A DNA stretch of 64,000 nucleotides from a bacterium CG10_46_32 (GTDB taxonomy: Bacteria; Patescibacteriota; Patescibacteriia; UBA2169), in NCBI GenBank assembly GCA_001889965.1, contig MOEI01000006.1:17494-81493 (forward strand). Reading direction: 5' to 3'. This document shows positions 1-9,344 of the stretch, in pieces (within the stretch, counting starts at the first letter, position 1; every line of letters starts with the position of its first letter). The notes beneath the pieces are model-generated. The model worked only from the letters and a program-made list of their open reading frames with translations, did not search any database and had not been told where the DNA came from. The translations under genes were made by a program, and so were the position numbers.

Positions 1-741
1 GAGTTTATTAATAAGCGAACTTGGTTTTGGAGAAAGACATATGCAAAAATTTATACCAAAGCAGATATAATAATCGCCATTAGTTCGTGGCTTAAGGATC
101 GCGCCAAGAGGTACGGATATGCGGGCGAGGTTGTTATTATTCCCAATGGCGTTGATGTTTCTAGTTTTAGCGGATCACAGCGTAGTGATGAACGCGCGTT
201 TATACGCAAATCATGGGGGCTTTTAGATAGTGATTTTGCCGTAGTTACTGCCTCCCGACTGGTGCACAAGAATGGTGTGGATATCCTTATTGCCAGCCTT
301 ATGCATTTGCCTGAGCACGTAAAGATTGTTATTGCGGGTTCCGGGGAGGACGAAGAAAAATTAAAAGTTCAAAGCGAAGAATTTAACAACAGGGTAGTAT
401 TTTTAGGCCAGATGCGGCACGAGGATCTTCCGCGCGTGCTAAAAGCATGCGATGTGTTTGTACGGCCCTCTCGTTCCGAAGGATTAGGAAATTCGTTTAT
501 AGAGGCAAAGGCTGCGGGTTTGCCGGTTATTGGAACAGCAGTAGGCGGCATTAAAGATTTAATCCAAGTAGGCATTGTTGAGCCCACAGAAGGAACTCCA
601 GAGGCTATTGCAGAAAAAATTAAATTTGTCATGCAGGACCCGAACCATTCATCATCCAGACAAGAAATCATAGTACAGCGCTATTCATGGGATGTGATTG
701 CCCGGCAGTATGACGAGGAATATAAAAAATTAATAGCATAA
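1..741 (+). CDS. GT4 family glycosyltransferase (5'-truncated by window edge)
   Basis: Frame is open from base 1 (EFINKRTW...IIPNGVD); C-terminal GT4 motif DVFVRPSRSEGLGNSFIEAKAAGLPVI. Confidence 0.9.
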   Translation, partial: EFINKRTWFWRKTYAKIYTKADIIIAISSWLKDRAKRYGYAGEVVIIPNGVDVSSFSGSQRSDERAFIRKSWGLLDSDFAVVTASRLVHKNGVDILIASLMHLPEHVKIVIAGSGEDEEKLKVQSEEFNNRVVFLGQMRHEDLPRVLKACDVFVRPSRSEGLGNSFIEAKAAGLPVIGTAVGGIKDLIQVGIVEPTEGTPEAIAEKIKFVMQDPNHSSSRQEIIVQRYSWDVIARQYDEEYKKLIA

Positions 742-744
742 TTC

Positions 745-1230
745 ATGTATCAAACAGTTAAGCAGAGCCTTAAATCTTTTTTTGCAGAAAAAGCCCCTCG
801 TTTTTTAGAATGTGTCCATACACATAAGACGATCATTAAGTATTTTTTATCCGGGGTCACAGCCGTACTTGCTAATTTGTTTGTGTTGTACGTATTAACT
901 GATATTTTTGGCGTGTGGTATGTGGTTTCCGGTATTGCGGCTTTTTTTGTTTCTATTTCGGTCGGTTTTTCATTGCAGAAATTTTGGACGTTTCGCGCCA
1001 CTGGTGTGCGTCACATTAAACGGCAAATGGCCATGTATATGGCTGTGGGAGCGATGAATCTTGCACTGGGTCCGGTGATGCTCTATACAATCGTGGAAAC
1101 GTTTGGCCTATGGTATGTTGTTGCGCAAGTTGTAGTTATGGCTCTATTAGCGGTTGGGAGTTATTTTATTAATCGGTTTATTACGTTTAAACAAGAGGTT
1201 TCCTATGAACGTACTGATGTTATCAACTGA
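745..1230 (+). CDS. GtrA family small membrane protein (lipid-phosphate-sugar flippase)
   Basis: Four hydrophobic segments; IIKYFLSG, FSLQKFWTF and YFINRFITF match the GtrA pattern. Confidence 0.85.
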   Translation: MYQTVKQSLKSFFAEKAPRFLECVHTHKTIIKYFLSGVTAVLANLFVLYVLTDIFGVWYVVSGIAAFFVSISVGFSLQKFWTFRATGVRHIKRQMAMYMAVGAMNLALGPVMLYTIVETFGLWYVVAQVVVMALLAVGSYFINRFITFKQEVSYERTDVIN

Positions 1231-2311
1231 TGTTTCTATATTGGCTGTTGGCAGCGAGGCGCAGAATCGAATGAAAGAGTATGGGTCACTTGCTGATCGG
1301 CTTGCTATTGTTGTGTGCACAACCGGCGCGCCACGGCAGGAATTTGAAATTTCTAATATGGTGCGCGCCATTCCCACAAATTCGCGCACAAAAATTTTGT
1401 ACGCGTGGGATATACTGCGTGTTGTTAAGCAGTTGGTTCGTGGAACTATTGACGTGATTACAGCGCAAGATCCTTTTGAAACCGGTTTAGCCGGATGGCT
1501 TATTAGCCGCCGATTAAAATCAAAACTACAACTGCAGGTGCATACGGATTTTCTGAGTCCCTATTTTAGGCGCGAGTCGTTCAAGAATCGCATTCGCGTC
1601 TTGCTCGCGAAATGGCTCCTAGCGAAGGCTGATTCAATTCGCGTGGTAAGTGAGCGCATTAAGCAATCGCTTATTGGTCTGGGATTGCCCGAGGAAAAAA
1701 TTGTTGTGCTGCCTATTTTTGTTGATGTTGAAAAGATTCAGTCAGAACAAGTTGCTGTTCGCGCGCATAAAAAGTATCCCCAGTTTGATGTTGTTATTCT
1801 TATGGTTTCACGGCTTGAGCCGGAAAAAAATATTACTCTCGCGCTTCGTGCTTTTGCGGAAGTTGCGCGAAAGCATTCTAACACAGGGCTTGTTATACTT
1901 GGAGCCGGATCGCAGGAAACATCACTCAAACAACTTGTTGTGAGATATCAGCTCCAAAGCTCGGTTGTGTTTGAGGGAGCAGTTCAGCATACTATTCCCT
2001 ATTATCAGTCTGCTGATATATTTTTAAACACTTCAAATTACGAAGGATATGGACGTACGCTGATTGAAGCGGCTGCATCTGGTTGCCCAATCATCACAAC
2101 GGACGTGGGAGTTGTCGGGGAACGTATCAATAAAGATACGAGCTTGGTTGTTCCGGTAGGCGATTCGGCAGCGGTTGAGGAGGCTATGTCAAAGTTAATT
2201 ACAGATGAAAAAAAACGAAACGACTTGGGCCGTGCCGCTCAAGAGTCTGTGCAAAAGTTAGGCGATGCGCAATCGTATCTGGAGCAGTATAAACAATCAT
2301 GGCAGATATAA
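1205..2311 (+). CDS. GT4 family glycosyltransferase
   Basis: Start reassigned to ATG 1205 (MNVLMLS); motifs SRLEPEKN and NTSNYEGYGRTLIEAAASGCPIITTDVG. Confidence 0.9.
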   Translation: MNVLMLSTDVSILAVGSEAQNRMKEYGSLADRLAIVVCTTGAPRQEFEISNMVRAIPTNSRTKILYAWDILRVVKQLVRGTIDVITAQDPFETGLAGWLISRRLKSKLQLQVHTDFLSPYFRRESFKNRIRVLLAKWLLAKADSIRVVSERIKQSLIGLGLPEEKIVVLPIFVDVEKIQSEQVAVRAHKKYPQFDVVILMVSRLEPEKNITLALRAFAEVARKHSNTGLVILGAGSQETSLKQLVVRYQLQSSVVFEGAVQHTIPYYQSADIFLNTSNYEGYGRTLIEAAASGCPIITTDVGVVGERINKDTSLVVPVGDSAAVEEAMSKLITDEKKRNDLGRAAQESVQKLGDAQSYLEQYKQSWQI

Positions 2312-3324
2312 ATCAAAAACCATCAGTCCTATTTATCACTCAAAAAATTCATGAGAATGATGATGATTTAGGATTTGTGATTTTGTGGGTAAAAGAATTT
2401 ATTAAACAGGGTGTAGATGTAAAAGTTATTTGTTTAGAAAAAGGTGATTTTAATAATTCATTTCCTGTATATTCATTAGGCAAGGAAAAAGGGTATGGGA
2501 AAGTGCGCCTTAGTTTAAGATTTTTAAAATTGATTTTGACACTCAAGTACAACCGCGTGTTTGTGCACATGAATCCGGAGTATTTTACTTTGGGCGGATG
2601 GTATTGGTTTTTAAAACGCATCCCCATGTATCTATGGTATACGCATTATACGATGCATGTACATCTGCGTTTGGCGGGTTGGTTGTGCAAGCGCATGTTT
2701 GCGGCAACACCACAAAGTTTACCGCAGTACAATGGAAGCCCCAAAAAAATTATTACTGGTCATGGCATTGATTTGGTTTTTTGGGGAGCTGCCCTATCGG
2801 AAAATCGTCAACCCCCGGAGAAGCTGCTTAGCGTGCATCGGTTGTGCCGATCAAAACGGCTTGAGCTTGGTATTCGCGCGTTGAAGCATTTGCCAGACGA
2901 ATATTCTCTGACTGTATATGGCAGGGATGTGGAAAAGGATTATGTGCAAGAGCTGCATAATTTGGTGAGCACAGAAGGATTGTCGGAACGAGTTGAGTTC
3001 AAAGGTCCTGTTCCTATGCACGAGCTCAAAGCCGTGTATCAAGGGCATCGCATTGTGGTGAATATGGCAAGCGAGACCATTGATAAAACCATGCTGGAGG
3101 CTATGTTGTTCGGCATGTATCCCATCACCACCAAAGCAAATTCACAAGCCATTGGTTTGCCGGTTTCGATTGAACATGATGATCCGAAAGAGATTGCGGA
3201 TTTTATTCTGTCAAAAAAATGGGAACAGTACGATGCCACGTATTTGCAGAATAGTGTGAAAGAGCGACACAGTTTGGCATCATTAATACGGCAGATAAAC
3301 GAGTACATAAAACCGGGAAATTGA
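2299..3324 (+). CDS. GT4-like glycosyltransferase
   Basis: GT-B pattern: ITGHGID, SVHRLCRSKRLE, DKTMLEAM. Confidence 0.8.
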   Translation: MADINQKPSVLFITQKIHENDDDLGFVILWVKEFIKQGVDVKVICLEKGDFNNSFPVYSLGKEKGYGKVRLSLRFLKLILTLKYNRVFVHMNPEYFTLGGWYWFLKRIPMYLWYTHYTMHVHLRLAGWLCKRMFAATPQSLPQYNGSPKKIITGHGIDLVFWGAALSENRQPPEKLLSVHRLCRSKRLELGIRALKHLPDEYSLTVYGRDVEKDYVQELHNLVSTEGLSERVEFKGPVPMHELKAVYQGHRIVVNMASETIDKTMLEAMLFGMYPITTKANSQAIGLPVSIEHDDPKEIADFILSKKWEQYDATYLQNSVKERHSLASLIRQINEYIKPGN

Positions 3325-3328
3325 GTAT

Positions 3329-4441
3329 ATGCGAAAAGATTCACGAGATTCTTCGACTCCGCGAGTACGCTCCGCTCAGAATGACGGTGTTGGCAAGATT
3401 GCGATTATTGCAGGCGCGCGGCCGAATTTTATGAAAGTCGCGCCATTGGTGGCTGAGTTAAAAAAACAAAAGCTGCGCTATTTTTTGGTGAACACGGGAC
3501 AGCATTTTAGTAGCTCAATGGCTGGCTTGTTTTTGAAAGAGTTCCGTCTCAAACCCGATTACACGTTCAAACCGTCTCATGTATCAAGTAGACAGCAGGA
3601 GCGCGATATCAAAGTAGGGCTTGAAAAGGTTTTTAAAAAAGAGGATCCCACTATAGTCATGGTGGTTGGTGATGTGAACTCAACGCTGTGGGCTGCAGAA
3701 GTCAGCCACCGGATGCATATTCCGCTTGGGCACATTGAGGCAGGATTGCGGTCATGTAACAAAAAAATGCCGGAAGAGCGCAACCGAATTAAAATCGACC
3801 ATTTATCCGACATGCTGTTTGTGACGCAAGAAGAGGGTATTAAAAATCTTAAACGCGAGGGCATTGTTAAAAACGTTTATTTTGTAGGAAACATCATGAT
3901 TGATACGCTTGTCTTGTTCGCTAAAGGCGCAAAAAAGATTTCCGATAAATATTATTTTTGCACATTGCACCGCGCCGAAAATGTGGATAGTAAAAAAGTT
4001 TTTTTCGAAATTGTTGCGGCGCTTGAGGAAATTTCAAAGGACGCGCCAATCTATTTGCCATTGCATCCGCGCACTAAAAAGATGGCAGAGAAGTTCGGGT
4101 TGATGATTCGGCTTAAAAAAGCGTGCCGCATACTGCCGCCACTTTCGTACTCACAGTCAGTCGTATACCAAAAGGGAGCTAAACTCGTGCTTACGGATTC
4201 CGGCGGCGTGCAGGAAGAGGCAAGCTATTTGGGAGTTCCTTGCCTCACGTTGCGCACGGAAACCGAGCGTCCTGTTACTATTACACATGGAACCAACATC
4301 ATCGGTGGCGTCAGCATGGCGTCGATTATAAAAGCGTATCATTCCATTAAGTTTAAAAAACGAAAATCAGCCATCAAGTACTGGGACGGAAAAACATCTA
4401 AGCGGATCGTATCTATTTTAAAGAAAGAACTGCATGCATAG
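3329..4441 (+). CDS. wecB: UDP-N-acetylglucosamine 2-epimerase (non-hydrolysing)
   Basis: GARPNFMK, TGQH, VVGDVNST, HIEAGLRS, MPEERNR, TDSGGVQEEA, TERP motifs; N-terminal ~20 aa look repeat-derived. Confidence 0.92.
   Translation: MRKDSRDSSTPRVRSAQNDGVGKIAIIAGARPNFMKVAPLVAELKKQKLRYFLVNTGQHFSSSMAGLFLKEFRLKPDYTFKPSHVSSRQQERDIKVGLEKVFKKEDPTIVMVVGDVNSTLWAAEVSHRMHIPLGHIEAGLRSCNKKMPEERNRIKIDHLSDMLFVTQEEGIKNLKREGIVKNVYFVGNIMIDTLVLFAKGAKKISDKYYFCTLHRAENVDSKKVFFEIVAALEEISKDAPIYLPLHPRTKKMAEKFGLMIRLKKACRILPPLSYSQSVVYQKGAKLVLTDSGGVQEEASYLGVPCLTLRTETERPVTITHGTNIIGGVSMASIIKAYHSIKFKKRKSAIKYWDGKTSKRIVSILKKELHA
3345..3385. repeat. 3' half of a GTCATT...AATGAC palindromic (REP/MITE-like) element inside the wecB 5' end
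   Basis: gagattcttcgactccgcgagtacgctccgctcagaatgac; ends in AATGAC like the element at 8014-8146; GC-rich relative to its flanks. Confidence 0.55.
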
Positions 4442-6146
4442 CGTCGCATTTTTGAAAAAATATTGGCTTGTCATTTTAACAACGATAGCGGTATCCGCGT
4501 TCACGGCGCTACCGTCATTTTTCTTTTTTCAGAACGTGGGGGATGATTTTCGAGGTATATATCCGGTATTCAACAGCGACGCGCTGTATTACCAGACGCG
4601 TATACAGGAAATCAGCGACGGGCATGGTGAGCTCAATCACCCCTATTTTTTTGAGCACAAAGACGCAGTCTACCCGCAGGCAATAGGTGCAGAATATTTT
4701 TTGTATGGCATCACCAAGTTGTTCGGCATAGCGGCTCCGGCGCTGCAAATCATCCTTGATATCATTGCGCCAGCGCTCATTTTTTTGTTGACATATCTGC
4801 TATTGAAGCGATTTTCACCAAATGAATACACTGCGGTTCTGCTTCCAAGTTTTTTGTATACAGTCGTAATGGGTGGCTTGTTTAAACCCGTGAATCCACA
4901 AATAACGCTCCCCATACTGCTGTTATTTTTAATTTTTTGGGTCAAACTGATTTTAGATGATAAGAAAAAATTGCGCAACAGCATGATTGCAGGCGTGTTG
5001 TGGGGACTGCTGTTTTTAACGTACTTCTACCACTGGTCTTTTGTGGTTGTTATTGTCGGGCTGTACGGTCTCATACTTCTCGCTAAAAAGTCGTACGCGG
5101 AGCTGAAGTATCATAGCATCATGGTGGGTATTGCGGCGCTCATCGGCATTCCGTACTTTGTCCGTGTGTGTCAGGGGGTGGATGCGCCATTCCACGCGGA
5201 AACTGCGGTACGCGTGGGCTTATACTTTTCTCATTTGCCCGAAAGCTATCCGCGGCTTATGGTTGCGATCGTATGGTTTTTATTTTTTCTTTGGTTCCGC
5301 CATTATTATCGCCTCCAGCATGATACGCGGGCGACTATCGTGGGCGTATTGCTCGCGGGAAACATTATCTACCCGAACCATCAGATTATTACGGGAATGA
5401 TTATAGAAAATGCAGTGCACTGGTCATGGATGCCAATTTTGATTTTTGCGGTAAGCGGCCATTACCTGTTTTCCGTCGTTCGGAAACACCAGCCAACGGT
5501 AAAAAATATCTCTGTTTTTTTCGTCATCGCGGTTCTACTGATACTGCCTGCATGGCGGCTGTACACATTTACGTGGAAGCCATATCTAGGACACTATGCT
5601 GATGGGGCTACCGAACAGCGCCAGTACTATGCGGACGTGTTTAATTGGGTTAACGCGCATACGCAAAAAGACGACACAATACTCTCTGATCCGCGCTTAA
5701 TGCGTTTTATTCCCGCATATACGCATGCTAATGTTTATAATACGGAGTATGCATTTAATTTACCCGCAAGCGATGATGAGGTTGTCGAGCGCTACCTGCT
5801 TGCCCGGTTTTTTGATTCCGACTCCGGCGCCTCGGGCGTGAACGGCCAGGCTCGGATTCTGTGGTCGTTTGCGTATGAATCAGAAAAGAATACGCATACC
5901 ATAGCAGGCACATTAGCTATTCCATATGAGCCGAAGTATAGCCTTGCGCAGGAGCGCGAAAAAATTGAAGGCGTGCGTGCTGGGCTTGTCAAGCAGGGTT
6001 GGGGCATCGCATTGCTTAATAAATATCGGATTGACTACATTGTGTGGGATCGAAACGAAAAACCGGAGTGGAGCCTTGGGCGCTATGCGGAGCTTGAAGA
6101 AGTTGCGCGCATCGGGGATGTGAGTGTCTATCAGTTTAAAAGTTAA
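4434..6146 (+). CDS. Polytopic membrane protein, probable GT-C fold glycosyltransferase/polymerase
   Basis: About 11 TM segments; acidic first loop DALYYQTRI; C-terminal soluble domain with WVNAHT..DDTILS and KYRIDYIV. Confidence 0.6.
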   Translation: MHSVAFLKKYWLVILTTIAVSAFTALPSFFFFQNVGDDFRGIYPVFNSDALYYQTRIQEISDGHGELNHPYFFEHKDAVYPQAIGAEYFLYGITKLFGIAAPALQIILDIIAPALIFLLTYLLLKRFSPNEYTAVLLPSFLYTVVMGGLFKPVNPQITLPILLLFLIFWVKLILDDKKKLRNSMIAGVLWGLLFLTYFYHWSFVVVIVGLYGLILLAKKSYAELKYHSIMVGIAALIGIPYFVRVCQGVDAPFHAETAVRVGLYFSHLPESYPRLMVAIVWFLFFLWFRHYYRLQHDTRATIVGVLLAGNIIYPNHQIITGMIIENAVHWSWMPILIFAVSGHYLFSVVRKHQPTVKNISVFFVIAVLLILPAWRLYTFTWKPYLGHYADGATEQRQYYADVFNWVNAHTQKDDTILSDPRLMRFIPAYTHANVYNTEYAFNLPASDDEVVERYLLARFFDSDSGASGVNGQARILWSFAYESEKNTHTIAGTLAIPYEPKYSLAQEREKIEGVRAGLVKQGWGIALLNKYRIDYIVWDRNEKPEWSLGRYAELEEVARIGDVSVYQFKS

Positions 6147-6149
6147 AGT

Positions 6150-8006
6150 ATGTGTGGCATAAACGGTTTTAATTCAAACAACGAGACGCTGATTCAAAAG
6201 ATGAACACCGCCACAAAGCACCGTGGCCCGGATGATGCGGGAGTGTTTTTGTCGAATGCATGGTCCTTGGGGCACAATCGTTTATCAATTATTGATTTAA
6301 GCGAAAAAGGCCACCAGCCCATGATAACGCCCGACAAAAAATTTGCTATAACCTTTAATGGAGAGATCTATAATTTTTTGGACATCAGAAAAGAGCTTGA
6401 AGTTAAGGGATACAAGTTTTTGTCGCAGACTGACACCGAGGTGGTTCTGTATGCGTACCAAGAGTGGGGACCGGAATGCCTGCAGAAATTCAACGGCATG
6501 TTTGCTTTGGCTATTTTGAATACAGAAACCGAGGAACTGTTTATAGCTCGTGACCGCATCGGCATTAAGCCATTGTATTACTATCACAAAGACAATCAAT
6601 TTATTTTTTCGTCAGAAGTTAAAGCGATTCTTGCGCACGATGTTGATATGTCGTTGGATTACAACAGTTTGAATATCTATTTTAGGCTGTTGTACGTGCC
6701 ATCTCCAAAAACCATGTGGCAGAACATCTATAAGCTCGAGCCTGGGCACTATGCGTTGGTTAGTAAACAGGGGGATGTCAAAAAAACGCGCTATTGGGAA
6801 ATTAAGAACCAACCATTGTTCCACGACAAAGAGGCAATTAAAAAAGATATTTCAGAACTATTGCATGATTCTGTTAAAAAGCGTTTGATGTCTGACCGGC
6901 CGGTTGGAGTATTTTTGAGCGGTGGAATTGATTCCACTATCATCGCGGGAATCATGTCTAAGATGTCAGGTAAGGTGAATACTTTTTCCATTGGATTTGA
7001 AGAAACCGAAGAGGCAGATAAGTATAACAATGATTTTTTAATCGCAAGGCGCACTGCAAAGCACTTTAAGACAAATCATCATGAGTACGTGGTTTCGGCG
7101 CAAGATGTGCTGGATAACCTTGAGTCCGCAATGTACCACATGGATGAGCCGGTCTCGAACCATATCCAGGCAGTAAATCTGCTTTTGGCGCGCCATACAA
7201 GCGAGGAGGTTAAAGTCGTATTAGGGGGCGACGGTGGCGATGAATTATTTGGCGGATACGAGCGGTACTACTATAACGCGGTTGTGGAAGTCATGCGTCG
7301 CTTGCCTGGGACAAAATTTGCTGCCTCTATTCTCGGAAAGTCTTCCTTGCGAGAAAAACTAGAAACAGAGCCTGGTGTTGGGCGGTATGTGAGTTTTTTC
7401 GCGCAAAAAGAGGGTATTGTCTCGTCATTTTTAAAACAGCACAATAATGCCGCAGTGCTGCCGCATTATTTATCAGAACGATTTTTTGGAACGGTTGATA
7501 CAAAAGATTTTACGCGCCAGTTCATGCGTACGGATATTTTAAGCTGGCTTCCGGATGAATCGTTATTGCGCAGCGATAAGATGTCCATGGCATATGGATT
7601 AGAGCAGCGCGTGCCATTTTTAGATCATCGTCTTGTTGCATTGGCGGACCGCATTCCAGTTGCATGGAAGCTGGGTAGCAAAGGGATGGGGTTTATGAAT
7701 ATCGGAAAAAATTATCAAGGCAAAGTGATTTTGCGCGAGGCAATGGCTGAGTATCTTCCTGAGTATGTTTCTAATCAGCCAAAATGGGGGTGGTTTTCGC
7801 CGGCCAGTAAGTGGATGCGCGGGCCGTTCGGGCCATTGATGCGCGAGGTACTGTCTCAATCCTATTGCGCTGGCACTAGTGAGTTATTCGATTTTAATGT
7901 TTTGCGTAAATTGCTGGATGACCACATCAATAAAAAAACATATGCCTTAAACACGCTTTGGTCGGTTATGACGTTCCAGCTGTGGTACAAACGATTTATA
8001 CAATAA
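6150..8006 (+). CDS. asnB: Asparagine synthase-like glutamine amidotransferase (glycan amidation)
   Basis: N-terminal MCGING, HRGPD, RLSIIDL, FNGEIYNF, LSGGIDS, GDGGDELFGGY, RVPFLD. Confidence 0.93.
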   Translation: MCGINGFNSNNETLIQKMNTATKHRGPDDAGVFLSNAWSLGHNRLSIIDLSEKGHQPMITPDKKFAITFNGEIYNFLDIRKELEVKGYKFLSQTDTEVVLYAYQEWGPECLQKFNGMFALAILNTETEELFIARDRIGIKPLYYYHKDNQFIFSSEVKAILAHDVDMSLDYNSLNIYFRLLYVPSPKTMWQNIYKLEPGHYALVSKQGDVKKTRYWEIKNQPLFHDKEAIKKDISELLHDSVKKRLMSDRPVGVFLSGGIDSTIIAGIMSKMSGKVNTFSIGFEETEEADKYNNDFLIARRTAKHFKTNHHEYVVSAQDVLDNLESAMYHMDEPVSNHIQAVNLLLARHTSEEVKVVLGGDGGDELFGGYERYYYNAVVEVMRRLPGTKFAASILGKSSLREKLETEPGVGRYVSFFAQKEGIVSSFLKQHNNAAVLPHYLSERFFGTVDTKDFTRQFMRTDILSWLPDESLLRSDKMSMAYGLEQRVPFLDHRLVALADRIPVAWKLGSKGMGFMNIGKNYQGKVILREAMAEYLPEYVSNQPKWGWFSPASKWMRGPFGPLMREVLSQSYCAGTSELFDFNVLRKLLDDHINKKTYALNTLWSVMTFQLWYKRFIQ

Positions 8007-8013
8007 TTTTTTG

Positions 8014-8146
8014 TGTCATTGCGAGGGAGTGTATTCACGACTGTGGCAATCCTAACGTCGCAATGCAGTCAATTGCACACTGGGCTCTCATCAATGATAA
8101 GATTGCCACGTCGCTCACTGAGTACAGCTTACTCCTCGCAATGACA
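8014..8146. repeat. Nested palindromic intergenic element (REP/MITE-like)
   Basis: Perfect 13-bp terminal IR tgtcattgcgagg (8014-8026) / cctcgcaatgaca (8134-8146); inner 9-bp IR gtggcaatc (8043-8051) / gattgccac (8101-8109). Confidence 0.85.
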
Positions 8147-8156
8147 ACGAAAACAT

Positions 8157-9344
8157 ATGTCTAAAAAAATACTCATCATCTCACCCAAATTTCCTTTGCC
8201 AACCACGGGCGCCTGCGAACAAGAGCGCATGGCTGGGTTTTTGCAATTGCAACGTTTGGGGTACGAAGTGCGCATCATCTCTAAAATTTTTGATTGGCAG
8301 GACAAGGAGGCAATTCTTGCATGGGGACAAAAGCACGGCATTATAGTGGATCTTATTCCCTATACGCGAAAAAGTTTTTTTCAAAGGCTTGCGCAGGTTA
8401 TTAATCCCATATACTGGGATGGAGCTGCATACGAATACCGGCTTCCTGCAACGTGGCGCACTGTTAAAAAAATAGCAGAAGAATATGCGCCAGATATTGC
8501 TTGGTTTGATTATACGTACTTATACCCGCTGTATAATATATTCCACGAGAAGCGCATTCCTATTATTACCCGTTCGATTAATGTCGAGCCATTACATTTT
8601 TTACAGGAAGATGGCAGAAGCCTGCCAAATCTCATTAAATTTCTTTCCAAGTGGTACTCAGAGCTCACCAGCATCCGCACGAGCGATTATGTGTTTGCAA
8701 TTACTCCCAAGGAGGAGGTTTTGTATCGAACATTAGGCGCAAAGCGAATCGCGACATTGCCGTTGCGCAGTTTACCGGGGTTAGTAAAAAAAGAGCGCAA
8801 AATAAAAGAGCGCGATACTTTGCATCTGTTTTTTATGGGAGCTTCATACAATGTACACCACAACCGTTATGCCGCGGAATTTGTGATTAAAGATATTGCG
8901 CCGGAAGTGGAAAAACGCGCTCCAGGAAAGTTTTTTTTCCATATCCTCGGGAAAAAATTGCCGCAAGATTTATCAAAACTTTGTCATGGCAATATAAAAG
9001 AAGAAGGCTTTGTGGATGATCTAGATGTGTTTTTGCGCGAGGAAGTTGATGGAGCAGTTATTCCATCGCTTATGGGTGCTGGGATGCAGCAAAAGATTTT
9101 TGAGCCATTAGTGTATGGCATTCCATCTGTTGTATCGCCGCGCGGCATTGCAGGGTATCCATATCAGAATGGCGAGCATGCGCTGTTTGCAGAAACAAAA
9201 GATGAGTTTGTAGAGCAGATTTTAAGACTACAAGACATTGGCCTGCGTCAGACACTTTCAAAAAATTCACTGCAACTGAGCCAAGAATTGTTTTCACAAG
9301 AGCGGTTTGATGCTATTGTCACACAAGGAGTAATACTAGTATGA
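8157..9344 (+). CDS. GT4-like glycosyltransferase
   Basis: KILIISPKFPLP N-terminus; GFVDDL, IPSLMGAGMQQKIFEPLVYGIPSV. Confidence 0.85.
   Translation: MSKKILIISPKFPLPTTGACEQERMAGFLQLQRLGYEVRIISKIFDWQDKEAILAWGQKHGIIVDLIPYTRKSFFQRLAQVINPIYWDGAAYEYRLPATWRTVKKIAEEYAPDIAWFDYTYLYPLYNIFHEKRIPIITRSINVEPLHFLQEDGRSLPNLIKFLSKWYSELTSIRTSDYVFAITPKEEVLYRTLGAKRIATLPLRSLPGLVKKERKIKERDTLHLFFMGASYNVHHNRYAAEFVIKDIAPEVEKRAPGKFFFHILGKKLPQDLSKLCHGNIKEEGFVDDLDVFLREEVDGAVIPSLMGAGMQQKIFEPLVYGIPSVVSPRGIAGYPYQNGEHALFAETKDEFVEQILRLQDIGLRQTLSKNSLQLSQELFSQERFDAIVTQGVILV

Noticed and set aside
6150-8006. asnB as an amino-acid biosynthesis gene
   Set aside because: Embedded among glycosyltransferases; such copies typically amidate sugar carboxyls
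7958-8164. 68-aa ORF spanning the asnB-GT gap
   Set aside because: It is the translation of the palindromic element (VIARE...LLAMT), and it overlaps both neighbours
8931-8938. Poly-T/poly-A runs as phase-variation tracts
   Set aside because: Runs of about 8 nt are common in this AT-rich sequence, the ORFs are intact, and no long poly-G/C tracts were seen
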